Numbered from the stretch's first letter, positions 8,563-17,442 are shown. The stretch is DNA of 46,266 bases from a virus (IMGVR_UViG_3300033145_003126:1-46266), one strand, 5' to 3'. A program made the numbers and translations. Notes: generated from the sequence alone by a model not told the origin.

Positions 8563-9714
8563 TTATCCTTCCAGGCCAAGCTGGTCTGTCATATACTTGC
8601 CCCTGGCTGAGTCACGGGTGATTTCTTTCCCATCTTTGTCTTTGAGCAAATCTGCCTGAAGACTGTCCAGAGAGGTTTTAGTGCTGGTGGCCCGTTTAAT
8701 GGCCATATCATAAGCTGCATCAATATAGTCAATGGACTTTCCATCCAGCTCCATATCCGGGAGCACATGATCAATTACTGCTGTTTTTAATTCCTTGGAA
8801 CAGTCAGTACATTCTGGCATTTTATCTCCAAGGATTCTTTTTGCCTGGGCCAGAAGTTCTGCCCGATCAGAAACCAACTTGTTGATATCTTCATCAGACA
8901 TCTGATCTTTTTTCATGGCATCCTTTTTAGCTTCTGCTTTGTCCTTTTCTTTTTTGAGTTTCTCCTTTTCCTTTTCATCTTCCTCTTCCTTCTTTTTGAA
9001 CCCTTCCACTTCAGCATCATGGGAGGCTTTGAGCTTTTCAATTGCCTGAACAAGTTGAGCATCCTCTGTTTCAAATTGGATGCCATCGATAGTAATTTTG
9101 ATCATATTTTTCTCCTTTTGATTATGATCTACAGTTAGTCTGCAAGATGGGCCACACCGACCAGCATCCACTATTGCCAGATGATTCGCTCGAATATTGG
9201 TCTGAGCAAATTCATATTTTTCTCCTTCAAAAACCCCCTTTGATTCTTTGAGGTCATTGGAATAGCCTACTGATACCTCAACTTTCCCATCCTTGATTTT
9301 TTTGATCTGGTCTTTATCAGTGATAGTTATGGCCCCAGTCAACACTGAATCCTTTTGGGCAACTTCTGAAACTTGACCCTTCTGGAGCTTTTTAACATTA
9401 TCTATGGTAACAGGTTTGGTAGGATGATCATCCGTCACTACCAGATTTACAAAGCTGTTTATGCTATCAGGATGAAAAACTTCATCCGCTGACCTGAGCA
9501 CTCCAATCTTATCCATGGCCCTTTTCACTAAGCCAAGCTCAAATCCCATATAGTATTGAACCCCTGTACGAGCAAGCTTAACAGGTGCAGTTAAAAATCC
9601 TGTAGTCTTATCCACAATAGCTTTTAAAACCTTGCTATCATCGAATAACAGACCCCTATCATTGTTTTCTATTGCTCTGTCAGTAGCTATTTCTAAATTC
9701 TTCTTTAGCATCAT
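8563..9714 (-). CDS. Scaffold / prohead-core protein (DUF2213-like pattern) with acidic-basic coiled-coil C-terminal half
   Basis: A 383-aa ORF. The N-terminal half (..APVKLARTGVQYY...VVTDDHP...NHLAIVDAGRCG..) fits DUF2213. The C-terminal half is rich in KKEEEDEKEKEKLKKEKDKAEAKK. It lies between the MuF-like and cement genes. Confidence 0.55.
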   Translation of the reverse strand: MMLKKNLEIATDRAIENNDRGLLFDDSKVLKAIVDKTTGFLTAPVKLARTGVQYYMGFELGLVKRAMDKIGVLRSADEVFHPDSINSFVNLVVTDDHPTKPVTIDNVKKLQKGQVSEVAQKDSVLTGAITITDKDQIKKIKDGKVEVSVGYSNDLKESKGVFEGEKYEFAQTNIRANHLAIVDAGRCGPSCRLTVDHNQKEKNMIKITIDGIQFETEDAQLVQAIEKLKASHDAEVEGFKKKEEEDEKEKEKLKKEKDKAEAKKDAMKKDQMSDEDINKLVSDRAELLAQAKRILGDKMPECTDCSKELKTAVIDHVLPDMELDGKSIDYIDAAYDMAIKRATSTKTSLDSLQADLLKDKDGKEITRDSARGKYMTDQLGLEG

Positions 9715-9740
9715 TGAACCTCAATGACAGGTGAATAAGT

Positions 9741-10556
9741 TCACCTGCAGTTTATATCAGTTATCCCAGGCTGGATAAATTTCCCACAAGTCTTTGACCA
9801 TGCTCCTTTTTTAAGAAGGTATTGGATGCCATCCAATTCATCATGACATTTCCTTACTCTTTCATCATCAGAGGTGTTGAATATACCCTCTTTGATGCCA
9901 AGACTTTCTGATCTTCTAAGGGATATTTGGGAATTAATAGTCTGGACTTCATTTCTGGCAATGGTTTTAATCCTATTGGCCAGTTTGCTATTTGCTCCAG
10001 TCTTGGCAATTATCTCTTTCTGGATGGTGGAGTATCTGGCCCCACTTACTACTCCATTATTGACAATAGTCTCTACTTGTTTCAGATACTCTTCTGGCAG
10101 AGACTTAATCAGGCTTACATTTTTATTCACACTCAGGGCAGTAAAGTCTTCAAGCCCTTCAGCAGTGATTACACTTCCTAAATCAACTCCAGTTGCTCTG
10201 GCAATAGTCCTATCAAACTTATTTTTGTTAGCAGTTCCTACCTTATTAACCATAGCAGAAGCAGTAGTTTGAGCAAAGCTGGCAGTAGCAGTTCCAGTGA
10301 ATAGACCATTTAGCCTTCTGAAGATTACTCCAAGCTGATCCCCAATCCCATCATAAAGAGGGAGGATGCTCTTTAAATTGAATTGAGAATCAGCCACATA
10401 GGATGATTCCTGGGTCTTTAAATAAGCAAGCACTTCTTTTCTTACAGAAGCAATAAGCACCTTGCCTAGTTTATTGAGCTGTTTCCTATATGCTATTTCA
10501 ATGCCCTTTTGGCTTTTTACAGGAGCAGCTATTTTTGTTTTTTTCTTTTTAACCAT
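9741..10556 (-). CDS. Head morphogenesis protein, Mu F / SPP1 gp7-like
   Basis: TIARNEVQTINS...DDERVRKCHDELDG is typical of Phage_Mu_F. I trimmed the start to MVKKKK (ATG at 10556) rather than the track's 10580. Confidence 0.7.
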   Translation of the reverse strand: MVKKKKTKIAAPVKSQKGIEIAYRKQLNKLGKVLIASVRKEVLAYLKTQESSYVADSQFNLKSILPLYDGIGDQLGVIFRRLNGLFTGTATASFAQTTASAMVNKVGTANKNKFDRTIARATGVDLGSVITAEGLEDFTALSVNKNVSLIKSLPEEYLKQVETIVNNGVVSGARYSTIQKEIIAKTGANSKLANRIKTIARNEVQTINSQISLRRSESLGIKEGIFNTSDDERVRKCHDELDGIQYLLKKGAWSKTCGKFIQPGITDINCR

Positions 10557-11355
10557 TTTTCCTGATTTCCAAATCCACAAATCTTTTTATTGGCCTTGCT
10601 GCTATTCCAGCGATAACAGGGGGCAGGAACCCATAATTGCCAATCCTAATTTCATCAATTTCATCAGCAGTAAGTATATCTTTGAAGATAACAAATTCAT
10701 CAAGATTGCCAGTTAATGGATTCACATCATACTGGAAGGACTTGTAACAGCCAAAAGTAATTTCTCCAGTAGCTGCAAAACCTGTATTCCCAAGATTGGC
10801 AGTATAGTCAACTCCATGGATAGCTCCAACTGTATCATCCCAAATTCTTATTAACATTGCTTCGGTTCCACCATCATATACTACACCAATATGATACCAT
10901 CTTCCTGCTTGGAGTACTGACTGGTGCACTGCTGTATTGTAAGTTGTTCCATTATATGTTGCAAGAAAACTTACATGTCCACCATCATTTATTTGAAGGG
11001 AAAATGACATCTGATCTGGATAACCTTTATGAATAATTTCATAAAAGATACCGTTAATCCTTGTATCCAAATAAAGCCAAGTACAAAACGAAATTACTAC
11101 ACCACTGCCACTTTTAAAAGGAAAACCAACATCGAGATTTGCATCTGCTATTTCACACCATTCAGTATTTGCACCTTCAAATTCTATACTTGCTGAGCCT
11201 TCTTTATACTTTACCAAATCTGCTTCTGGTACTTCCACTCCACCAGTACTATCTAATGTAAGAGTATTCCCACCGATAGAATCTGTTACCAAAGCGCTGC
11301 TTTCAAATTTATATAAAGCAACACAGTTGGAATCCTCTGAGAAATTATTTGCCAT
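10549..11355 (-). CDS. LamG / concanavalin-A-like lectin-fold protein with a sheath-N-terminus-like C-terminal tail
   Basis: A 268-aa ORF. CVALYKFESSALVTDSIGGNTLT ... RWYHIGVVYDG ... GNLDEFVIFKDILTADEI is the classic Laminin_G_3 pattern. The last 17 aa, AARPIKRFVDLEIRKNG, match the sheath N-terminus MAIRPIKRFVDVEIQKD. Confidence 0.7.
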   Translation of the reverse strand: MANNFSEDSNCVALYKFESSALVTDSIGGNTLTLDSTGGVEVPEADLVKYKEGSASIEFEGANTEWCEIADANLDVGFPFKSGSGVVISFCTWLYLDTRINGIFYEIIHKGYPDQMSFSLQINDGGHVSFLATYNGTTYNTAVHQSVLQAGRWYHIGVVYDGGTEAMLIRIWDDTVGAIHGVDYTANLGNTGFAATGEITFGCYKSFQYDVNPLTGNLDEFVIFKDILTADEIDEIRIGNYGFLPPVIAGIAARPIKRFVDLEIRKNG

Positions 11356-12650
11356 TATTCCTCTTCACCAAATTCCAGCTCCTCTTCTTTCAATTCCTCT
11401 TCAACTCTATTCTCATCAATGGAAACATATGTCCCATTCTCTGCTAATTGAGCCATAGAATCAGAAGGCTTGATGATATCTTGATCAAGATAAATTTGAT
11501 CCCTTTGGCCATTCTTTAGATCAACCTCTGCTTGCTCTATTTCAGTCAATTGTTTGAGAGGTTTAAATTCATATTCAAATGCATCTTCCCCAGGCAGAGT
11601 TGAAGCCAGTATAATAGAATCCATCCAATCAATAGGAGGTCGCAAATCATTCTCCTGAAGGGATTGGACAATATCATAATAGTTAAGCATATCAGACTCC
11701 CCGGTGGCATTCTGACCAGCTGGAGAAATGCCTAATAGCCTGGTTACAGGGATATTACTGGCCCCAGCAACTTTCTGTATGAACCTATCATCAATGTCTG
11801 GGAGTGTGGTGAAGGTGTTAGTTTTCTTATCATATTCATCTTCTTTATCCAGGGCAATCCCATTAATAATACTTTTCATTTCATGAGCTAATTTCAACCG
11901 CTTGATTACAAGGTCATCCCTGCCTTCTGCTACCAGAGAATTGAGCCCATTAATGCGGTATACATCTACATTGGACTCATATATCAGATTATTGATGGAT
12001 TGAGATACTATCTGGCTGTCTGATATAGGCTCATACAGAGTAGTAAAGATGGAACTACCCCAGTAGTTCTGCTGTTCCAATTCCATAATGGTCTTTACAT
12101 CCCCATTAATCTTGTATAATCGGGTATGATGAATCCTTTGCCCATCTCTTGATACTGTATAATATTCTGGTTTGCCAAAATTGCTTGATAAGATATTCCG
12201 GTCTATTGCATCTGGATATATATTGTATCTATCTAATATGATGAAACTCTTCAGTGACCCTTCTTTTATATTATCAATCTCCAGTGGTTCTTCTTGATCA
12301 TCACCTTCTATAATAGAAAGTATTACAGCCCCACCAAATACTCTTGCCCATTTAGATGCTAAATTAACAGCCCCTTTAACATTAAATTCACTCAGAGCAG
12401 TTTCTATTTCCTTCTTTTTATCAGCATCTGTGATAAGAAGATTTCTCCATTTTCTGGTAGCATCATCAATAGGGATATCTACAACCTTAGCAGCCAACCA
12501 ATTATAGACATAGAGATTATGGGCTGTAATTTGGGTGATCCTTAAACCCACTTCATACAGAACATTCTTTCTTGGGTCTTTACTCCCCCCAATCCCTTTC
12601 AATATGCTTTTAAATCCATCTTTGACAAATGATATAATAGGATTTTTCAT
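11355..12650 (-). CDS. Portal protein (DUF1073-like pattern)
   Basis: A 431-aa ORF with an acidic C-terminus. ..YWGSSIF...IPVTRLLGISPAGQNATGESD.. fits DUF1073 portals. Confidence 0.75.
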   Translation of the reverse strand: MKNPIISFVKDGFKSILKGIGGSKDPRKNVLYEVGLRITQITAHNLYVYNWLAAKVVDIPIDDATRKWRNLLITDADKKKEIETALSEFNVKGAVNLASKWARVFGGAVILSIIEGDDQEEPLEIDNIKEGSLKSFIILDRYNIYPDAIDRNILSSNFGKPEYYTVSRDGQRIHHTRLYKINGDVKTIMELEQQNYWGSSIFTTLYEPISDSQIVSQSINNLIYESNVDVYRINGLNSLVAEGRDDLVIKRLKLAHEMKSIINGIALDKEDEYDKKTNTFTTLPDIDDRFIQKVAGASNIPVTRLLGISPAGQNATGESDMLNYYDIVQSLQENDLRPPIDWMDSIILASTLPGEDAFEYEFKPLKQLTEIEQAEVDLKNGQRDQIYLDQDIIKPSDSMAQLAENGTYVSIDENRVEEELKEEELEFGEEE

Positions 12651-13186
12651 AGTTCAAACCAAGTCATCTTTATTTGGAATAATAAACCATCACCATCAAG
12701 ACTGGCAATCAATAACCCATATTTTAATGCTGGATTTAATTCAAAAGGAAGTCCTCCCAGATTACTACCAGGATTTGAATTAACAGGATTAAGGGTATTT
12801 GAAAGCACAGCATCACCTGAGAATCTTGTGCCTGGAGACCAATTGCTTCCACCTTCCATTAAAGTACTTTTTGGGGCAGGAAATTCATATCGCCTATTAG
12901 AGCCAATTAATGGAGTGCCATCAGCATCAGCAGAAGAGCCAGAATATAAATCAATGGTAAATGGTCCACCAGTTGCTCCAAATAATAAAGGATTAAATGT
13001 TATATTCTCTCCAGTATATGCAGAAGGATCAAACAATATATGTTTTACTTCAGTAGACCCAAATGTAAGATAATCTTCATAAGAGAATGATTTGCCAACT
13101 GCATACAGTTCCTCTTGGTATGAAGAATTTATTTGAGCACCAAATGAACCAACTGTGGATCCAGGACCAGGTGCATTTCCAATCAT
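12647..13186 (-). CDS. Hypothetical Gly/Ser/Asn/Pro-rich beta-type protein (N-terminus MIGNAP)
   Basis: A 179-aa ORF with an ATGA overlap to the portal start. I recognise no motif. Confidence 0.6.
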   Translation of the reverse strand: MIGNAPGPGSTVGSFGAQINSSYQEELYAVGKSFSYEDYLTFGSTEVKHILFDPSAYTGENITFNPLLFGATGGPFTIDLYSGSSADADGTPLIGSNRRYEFPAPKSTLMEGGSNWSPGTRFSGDAVLSNTLNPVNSNPGSNLGGLPFELNPALKYGLLIASLDGDGLLFQIKMTWFEL

Positions 13187-13194
13187 GTTAACCT

Positions 13195-13740
13195 CTATAT
13201 TAAATATTCATGAATCCCAAAATGAAAATCAATTAATTTTCCAGTCTGACCAACACAAGCACATCTTGCCCAGACCTTATCTCCAGCAGCACCCCTTATG
13301 GTTTTAATTTCAGATATGCCTGAATCATTGTTATTAGATTGAGAAGTATATGGGAATTCAGTGAACTCTTCTGCAACTAATTTTGCTGCAAAGTTAACTG
13401 TTTCCCCAAGCATAATCTGAATTATAAATGGGGCTGTTGAATCAGTGGTTACTATCATGACCCTGTGGCCATCAAATCTGGTCATCCCAGATGAAACAGG
13501 AGTATCTGTAGAACCAAGGACTTGAACCCAAGAGCCAAAATCACTTGCTCCAGCAGTTAAGCGGAATGGCAGAATAACACCATCCATTCTATCTGCTGAA
13601 TGAAGCTCCCCTGATGCAGCAGTTGCCAAGCCAAACCATTTCTCCCTATTATGGAAATGCTTTTCAACTTCAATAATCTCTGCAAGAGAATCTATGGTGT
13701 TCTCCAAAATTTCATGTATTGGTGCCCCATTTCCTATCAT
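13195..13740 (-). CDS. Hypothetical protein (N-terminus MIGNGAP; HFHNRE...G cupin-like string)
   Basis: A 181-aa ORF with an ATGA overlap to the upstream ORF. I recognise no family. Confidence 0.6.
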   Translation of the reverse strand: MIGNGAPIHEILENTIDSLAEIIEVEKHFHNREKWFGLATAASGELHSADRMDGVILPFRLTAGASDFGSWVQVLGSTDTPVSSGMTRFDGHRVMIVTTDSTAPFIIQIMLGETVNFAAKLVAEEFTEFPYTSQSNNNDSGISEIKTIRGAAGDKVWARCACVGQTGKLIDFHFGIHEYLI

Positions 13741-14009
13741 AGATCAGCCCTAACCCTTCCTGCTTGATCAACAGCCCAGATATAAATATCAATTCCAGCT
13801 GTAGCAGATATTACTTCACTTCTGCTATTTTCAAATATCATCACCCCTTCACCAACCAAGGTAGGAGCAGCAACTCCAGTCATTTTATAAGTTTGGAGAT
13901 ATTCTGCTGGAGCTTCAGTGACCTTATGGATCACTCCAGAAGTAACATCAGTTGCCACTTTTGTCCAAGCCCCTTCAGGGCAATCTACAAATACTGGATT
14001 TGCCATCAA
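13737..14009 (-). CDS. Hypothetical small beta-rich protein
   Basis: A 90-aa ORF with an ATGA overlap to the terL stop. Confidence 0.55.
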   Translation of the reverse strand: MMANPVFVDCPEGAWTKVATDVTSGVIHKVTEAPAEYLQTYKMTGVAAPTLVGEGVMIFENSRSEVISATAGIDIYIWAVDQAGRVRADL

Positions 14010-15475
14010 TCTGCCTCCATAGCAGCCTTTAAAGAATTGGTTGCATTTTTATTAATGAAAGCCACCTCAATGGCAGTCATCAAGGTGTCTATATCATCAT
14101 CAAATTCCCCATTCGGGAACTCTCTTGCTTCTTTGGTAATGTTATCAACCCCTTCAACAGAGGTATATAACACAACTCTGCCAGACTCTATATAAGGGGC
14201 TGCATCCTCTGCTCTAAAGACTTTATCAGTAGACCTGGGCACCTCTATTACTTTTAAACGAAGTCTCTTCAGCTCTTGTAATAGGCCTGTTCCAGAGGAC
14301 TTATCTTCTATATACATCCCTCTTAAAGTAGGATCACCAACATTCTCTCTGGGAGTGTTGTGTTTTCTATAAAAAAGCTCAGCTTCAACTCTCAATTCTG
14401 GAGCTTCAAATTTGTCCCTCTTTTTATCAAGCAAATGGATTCGATCATCCATCCCATAACCCCAAGCCTGGAATATAGTCCAGTCATTTTGGGTCTTGGC
14501 TTTCTGGGCAGTATCTGCTGTGATGAATTTGAACTTTAAGGGTGGCACTTTCTTGCCCCAAGTCCACCATTTATCCTTAAAGATGTTGCCACCTGATACT
14601 GTGGGATTGCCTTGGTATAGAGATTCCCAACTTGCTGGGGCCATCAGTGCTTTTTTGCCTTCCAGGAACTCTTTTGATTTAAGCTCAGGGAATAATGGCT
14701 CTCCAACTTCCCTGTGTTCTTCATCCTTGGTAGCAATAGCTTGATAATTAATCAATTTGACTTTTCTGCCAATCTCTTTAAACTTATCAATCATCCTACC
14801 TATAATATCATGAGTAGTCCAACGAGTCATGATGACAATAAGACCAGCTAAATCACTGAACCTTGTATTAAAGTCATCAGTGAACCATTCCCAAATCTTT
14901 TGGCTCCAGGTAACAGATGCTGCTTGCTCTCTACCTTTTACAGCATCATCTATAACCCCAATATCAAGACTCTCTCCAGTGACCCCACCACCTGTAGTGG
15001 TATTCCTGAATTGCCCTTCAGTGACTTCTCCTTTATCATCCACAAATTCCAGATGATTAGTAGTCCTTACAGCAAGCCCCTTTTTATCACTCAGCATAGT
15101 ATCAGGAAAAATTTTTTGATACTTAGGATTGGTCATCTGTCGTTGCTGAGAGAGATTACAACGCACTCCTAATGTATCTGAATAAGAGGCATATATTGAT
15201 CTCAGTTGTGGTATCTTTCCATTCATCCAGGCAATAAAGTCCATAGCAGTCCAAGACTTGCCATGCTGAGGGGGTGTCTGTATTAAAAGTATTGGTCTCA
15301 AGCCCTTCTTATAATCAACATAAAATTGCTGTAGGTTCTTACACAGGTCAGCCATAAACCAATTGGCATAGAAGTTGTCTGGCCTCATAAACTGCCTATA
15401 AGCAAAGAAATTGACCCTGGATTTCTGAATCCACCATTCTTCTAACAGGTCTATGTCTTGGGCTGCTAAATTCAT
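14006..15475 (-). CDS. terL: Terminase large subunit
   Basis: A 489-aa ORF. It has a Walker A-like QTPPQHGKSW and a Walker B-like LDIGVIDDA. The C-terminal nuclease part carries FITADTAQK and GEFDDDIDTLM. Confidence 0.9.
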   Translation of the reverse strand: MNLAAQDIDLLEEWWIQKSRVNFFAYRQFMRPDNFYANWFMADLCKNLQQFYVDYKKGLRPILLIQTPPQHGKSWTAMDFIAWMNGKIPQLRSIYASYSDTLGVRCNLSQQRQMTNPKYQKIFPDTMLSDKKGLAVRTTNHLEFVDDKGEVTEGQFRNTTTGGGVTGESLDIGVIDDAVKGREQAASVTWSQKIWEWFTDDFNTRFSDLAGLIVIMTRWTTHDIIGRMIDKFKEIGRKVKLINYQAIATKDEEHREVGEPLFPELKSKEFLEGKKALMAPASWESLYQGNPTVSGGNIFKDKWWTWGKKVPPLKFKFITADTAQKAKTQNDWTIFQAWGYGMDDRIHLLDKKRDKFEAPELRVEAELFYRKHNTPRENVGDPTLRGMYIEDKSSGTGLLQELKRLRLKVIEVPRSTDKVFRAEDAAPYIESGRVVLYTSVEGVDNITKEAREFPNGEFDDDIDTLMTAIEVAFINKNATNSLKAAMEAD

Positions 15476-15607
15476 TTATACAAATCTCATCAACCTAAGT
15501 CTGACCTTGTAGAAAGCAACATATAATGAATCATGATTTTTGAACATCCATTTATATGTTATCCTTTTAGCTAACCAGATACCATTTTCTTTGTATTCAC
15601 CAACCAT
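15476..15607 (-). CDS. Possible 43-aa basic/aromatic micro-ORF filling the holin-terL gap
   Basis: My translation is MVGEYKENGIWLAKRITYKWMFKNHDSLYVAFYKVRLRLMRFV. The ATG lies 1 nt after the upstream stop and the TAA abuts the terL ATG. It is below the ORF-track size cutoff. Confidence 0.3.
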   Translation of the reverse strand: MVGEYKENGIWLAKRITYKWMFKNHDSLYVAFYKVRLRLMRFV

Positions 15608-15608
15608 T

Positions 15609-16184
15609 TTACCCCTTTGTGAACTTCCCTATCAACTGTGATATAAGGCCAACTGGCGAAGGAGTCTTTGTTATAGCTTCATATTTCTGGGCCTTCTCTT
15701 TTGACCTCTTCCCAAAGTATGAGTTGACTATACCGGCTGAGATGCCCAGGACAGAGGCAATTAAAGGCCATATATCAGCCACTGCCTGGACCATCTCTTC
15801 ATTGCCGGTTATTATAGCATAGCCAATAGGCCCAAGGGTAATCACTACACCAAATCCTATTAATCTTGATTGATCTCTGGCTATGTCTGGCCTTGTGCTA
15901 TTCCCTATTGTATCCACATCAGCCAACGCACGAGTTATATCAACATGGGCCTGTATTTCTGCCAATTCAACATCAAACTTCTTTTCAAGCAGAACAACCG
16001 CTGAGTCATTGGGCAGAGAACTTATGACCTTTATGGCATCTTGTCCTGTAGTGGACTCAGTCAGCTGTTTGTCTCTGGGTAGAGCTTCGTTGACTACACC
16101 CAAAATTTCAGTCACTATACCTAATGGTGGAATACTCTTCAGAGCAGCACCACCAATCTTTAATAAAATTGATTCTAAGTCCAT
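15609..16184 (-). CDS. Holin-like membrane protein (pattern recalls the GTA-type 3-TM holin family)
   Basis: A 191-aa ORF with an amphipathic N-terminal half. Hydrophobic segments (LIGFGVVITLGPIGYAII, IWPLIASVLGISAGIV) follow a ..STRPD.. string. It is adjacent to a putative peptidase. Confidence 0.45.
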   Translation of the reverse strand: MDLESILLKIGGAALKSIPPLGIVTEILGVVNEALPRDKQLTESTTGQDAIKVISSLPNDSAVVLLEKKFDVELAEIQAHVDITRALADVDTIGNSTRPDIARDQSRLIGFGVVITLGPIGYAIITGNEEMVQAVADIWPLIASVLGISAGIVNSYFGKRSKEKAQKYEAITKTPSPVGLISQLIGKFTKG

Positions 16185-16510
16185 TATTTTCTCACAGTAT
16201 TTGGATGGGTTTGTAAATGAAGGTGATATGCTCCATTTTTTATCTTGTGATACATACAGCAGACTTTCCCCGGTCTTTGGGGATCATACTGCCATCTGCT
16301 ATTGACCATGGTCTCTATTGCCTTGCCAATAGCCTCATTTTTACACCCCCAATCAAGCCCTCTCAAGGGTAGCTGACCATGAACCCCATTGTCTCCTATT
16401 CTAAAGAGACTGGTCACTTCAAATTCCACTCTTGTAGAACTCTCCATTTCTGTGGCCATCTTCCTTAGATTATAATCAATAAACTCAAGTTGCATCAAAT
16501 CAATTTTCAT
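16184..16510 (-). CDS. Possible small zinc-peptidase (M15/Hedgehog-DD fold) endolysin
   Basis: A 108-aa ORF. VTSLFR...VHGQLPLRGLD...YHLHLQ loosely resembles the SxxR / HxxGxAxD / HxH layout. It is flanked by membrane-protein genes. The assignment is weak. Confidence 0.35.
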   Translation of the reverse strand: MKIDLMQLEFIDYNLRKMATEMESSTRVEFEVTSLFRIGDNGVHGQLPLRGLDWGCKNEAIGKAIETMVNSRWQYDPQRPGKVCCMYHKIKNGAYHLHLQTHPNTVRK

Positions 16511-16773
16511 TTTTCTACCTTATATATAACAGGAGCTTTTGCTTTTTTTGCTTCATCAGCCTTACTGATATTAGTGTCTGTGAGGTTTGCCATAAATGCT
16601 AAACAGACTATAACAACAGCCCCATAAACAATCCGCTGAAGGAGCTTGATTTTATAAGTATTGATGGTACAGGGCAAAGTAGACATTTTCTCCTTAATGC
16701 ATGCTACATCAGCAATAAGAGTCTCTTGTTTGGTCTCCACCCTGACTATGGCTTCAAGAATCTGACTGCTCAT
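16507..16773 (-). CDS. Small single-pass membrane protein (holin / antiholin / spanin-like candidate)
   Basis: An 88-aa ORF with one TM (IVYGAVVIVCLAFMANL) and a Lys-rich tail. It has an ATGA overlap with the downstream gene. Confidence 0.5.
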   Translation of the reverse strand: MSSQILEAIVRVETKQETLIADVACIKEKMSTLPCTINTYKIKLLQRIVYGAVVIVCLAFMANLTDTNISKADEAKKAKAPVIYKVEK

Positions 16774-17263
16774 CTAAGTCCTCAACATCAAGTTTTGGGA
16801 CTGGAATGCCTCTTTTCTTCAATTGCTCTTCAGCACTCAAATTGGTATTGGTATTATTGTTTATTATCAATACCTCTGGATCTTCCTTTATACCATAAAC
16901 ATTTGAGGACAATAATTTGATCAAACCATTGTTGACTGTAGAGGATGGTTCATAAGCATGCTCTCTGATTTTGTCTCTCCACTTCATGGCTCCTATTTCT
17001 AATCCGCTGTCCATCGCTCGCTTGAATTCAGGGAAGTTAGCCATCCATCTTAGCAGTGTTTCTTTTGCGCATTGTAAGGCTGCACAGCAATGGGCTTTTG
17101 TTCTACACTGATCATCTCTTGATAGAAGTTCAAAAACAATATCACAGTATTCAGGCTTGTAACTGTATGTCCCAAATTTTCTATGTCTATTTCTATCAAT
17201 TGGTCCTACAACAGATGGTTGATCTTCAGAAGTAATATGATCAGGAAGTTTTCCAGAAGGCAT
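16754..17263 (-). CDS. terS: Terminase small subunit (HTH type)
   Basis: A 169-aa ORF, the first gene of the late arm. YKPEYCDIVFELL...CAKETLLRWMANFPEFKRAMDSG is the typical terS helix-turn-helix pattern. Confidence 0.6.
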   Translation of the reverse strand: MPSGKLPDHITSEDQPSVVGPIDRNRHRKFGTYSYKPEYCDIVFELLSRDDQCRTKAHCCAALQCAKETLLRWMANFPEFKRAMDSGLEIGAMKWRDKIREHAYEPSSTVNNGLIKLLSSNVYGIKEDPEVLIINNNTNTNLSAEEQLKKRGIPVPKLDVEDLDEQSDS

Positions 17264-17305
17264 TTGATATCCTTGGAGTAAAAAGATTTAAATTCGATTT
17301 CCCTA

Positions 17306-17335
17306 ACTATACCTTATAATAGGTAAAAAAGTAAA
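17306..17335 (-). promoter_or_regulatory. Candidate late-operon promoter TTTACT-N18-TATAGT
   Basis: The minus strand reads GACTTTACTTTTTTACCTATTATAAGGTATAGTTAGG, about 40 nt upstream of the terS ATG. It shares the TTTACT -35-like hexamer with the plus-strand candidates. Confidence 0.3.
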
Positions 17336-17442
17336 GTCTTTTTTACTTCTCCAGTGGAAAAGTTTTACTTCTCTCTAAAGCACTGATATTACTACCTTTC
17401 AAGAGAAGTAAAGTATTTGATAATTACTTCTGAAGTACTTCT
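17330..17442. repeat. Repeat family (T/G)TACTTCT, at least five copies plus one TTTACT
   Basis: TTTTACTTCT occurs exactly at 17341-17350 and 17363-17372. An inverted copy, AGAAGTAAA, is at 17404-17412. TTACTTCT is at 17424-17431 and GTACTTCT at 17435-17442. Confidence 0.8.

Noticed and set aside
10557-10580. Longer N-terminal extensions given by the ORF track (MuF-like gene from 10580, thyX from 30198, primase from 21084, VRR-NUC from 37860, small ORF from 25647)
   Set aside because: In each case an internal ATG has a proper AAGGAG-type RBS and/or an ATGA/TAATG junction with the upstream stop, whereas the longer version overlaps the upstream gene without an RBS. The exact starts remain unverified.
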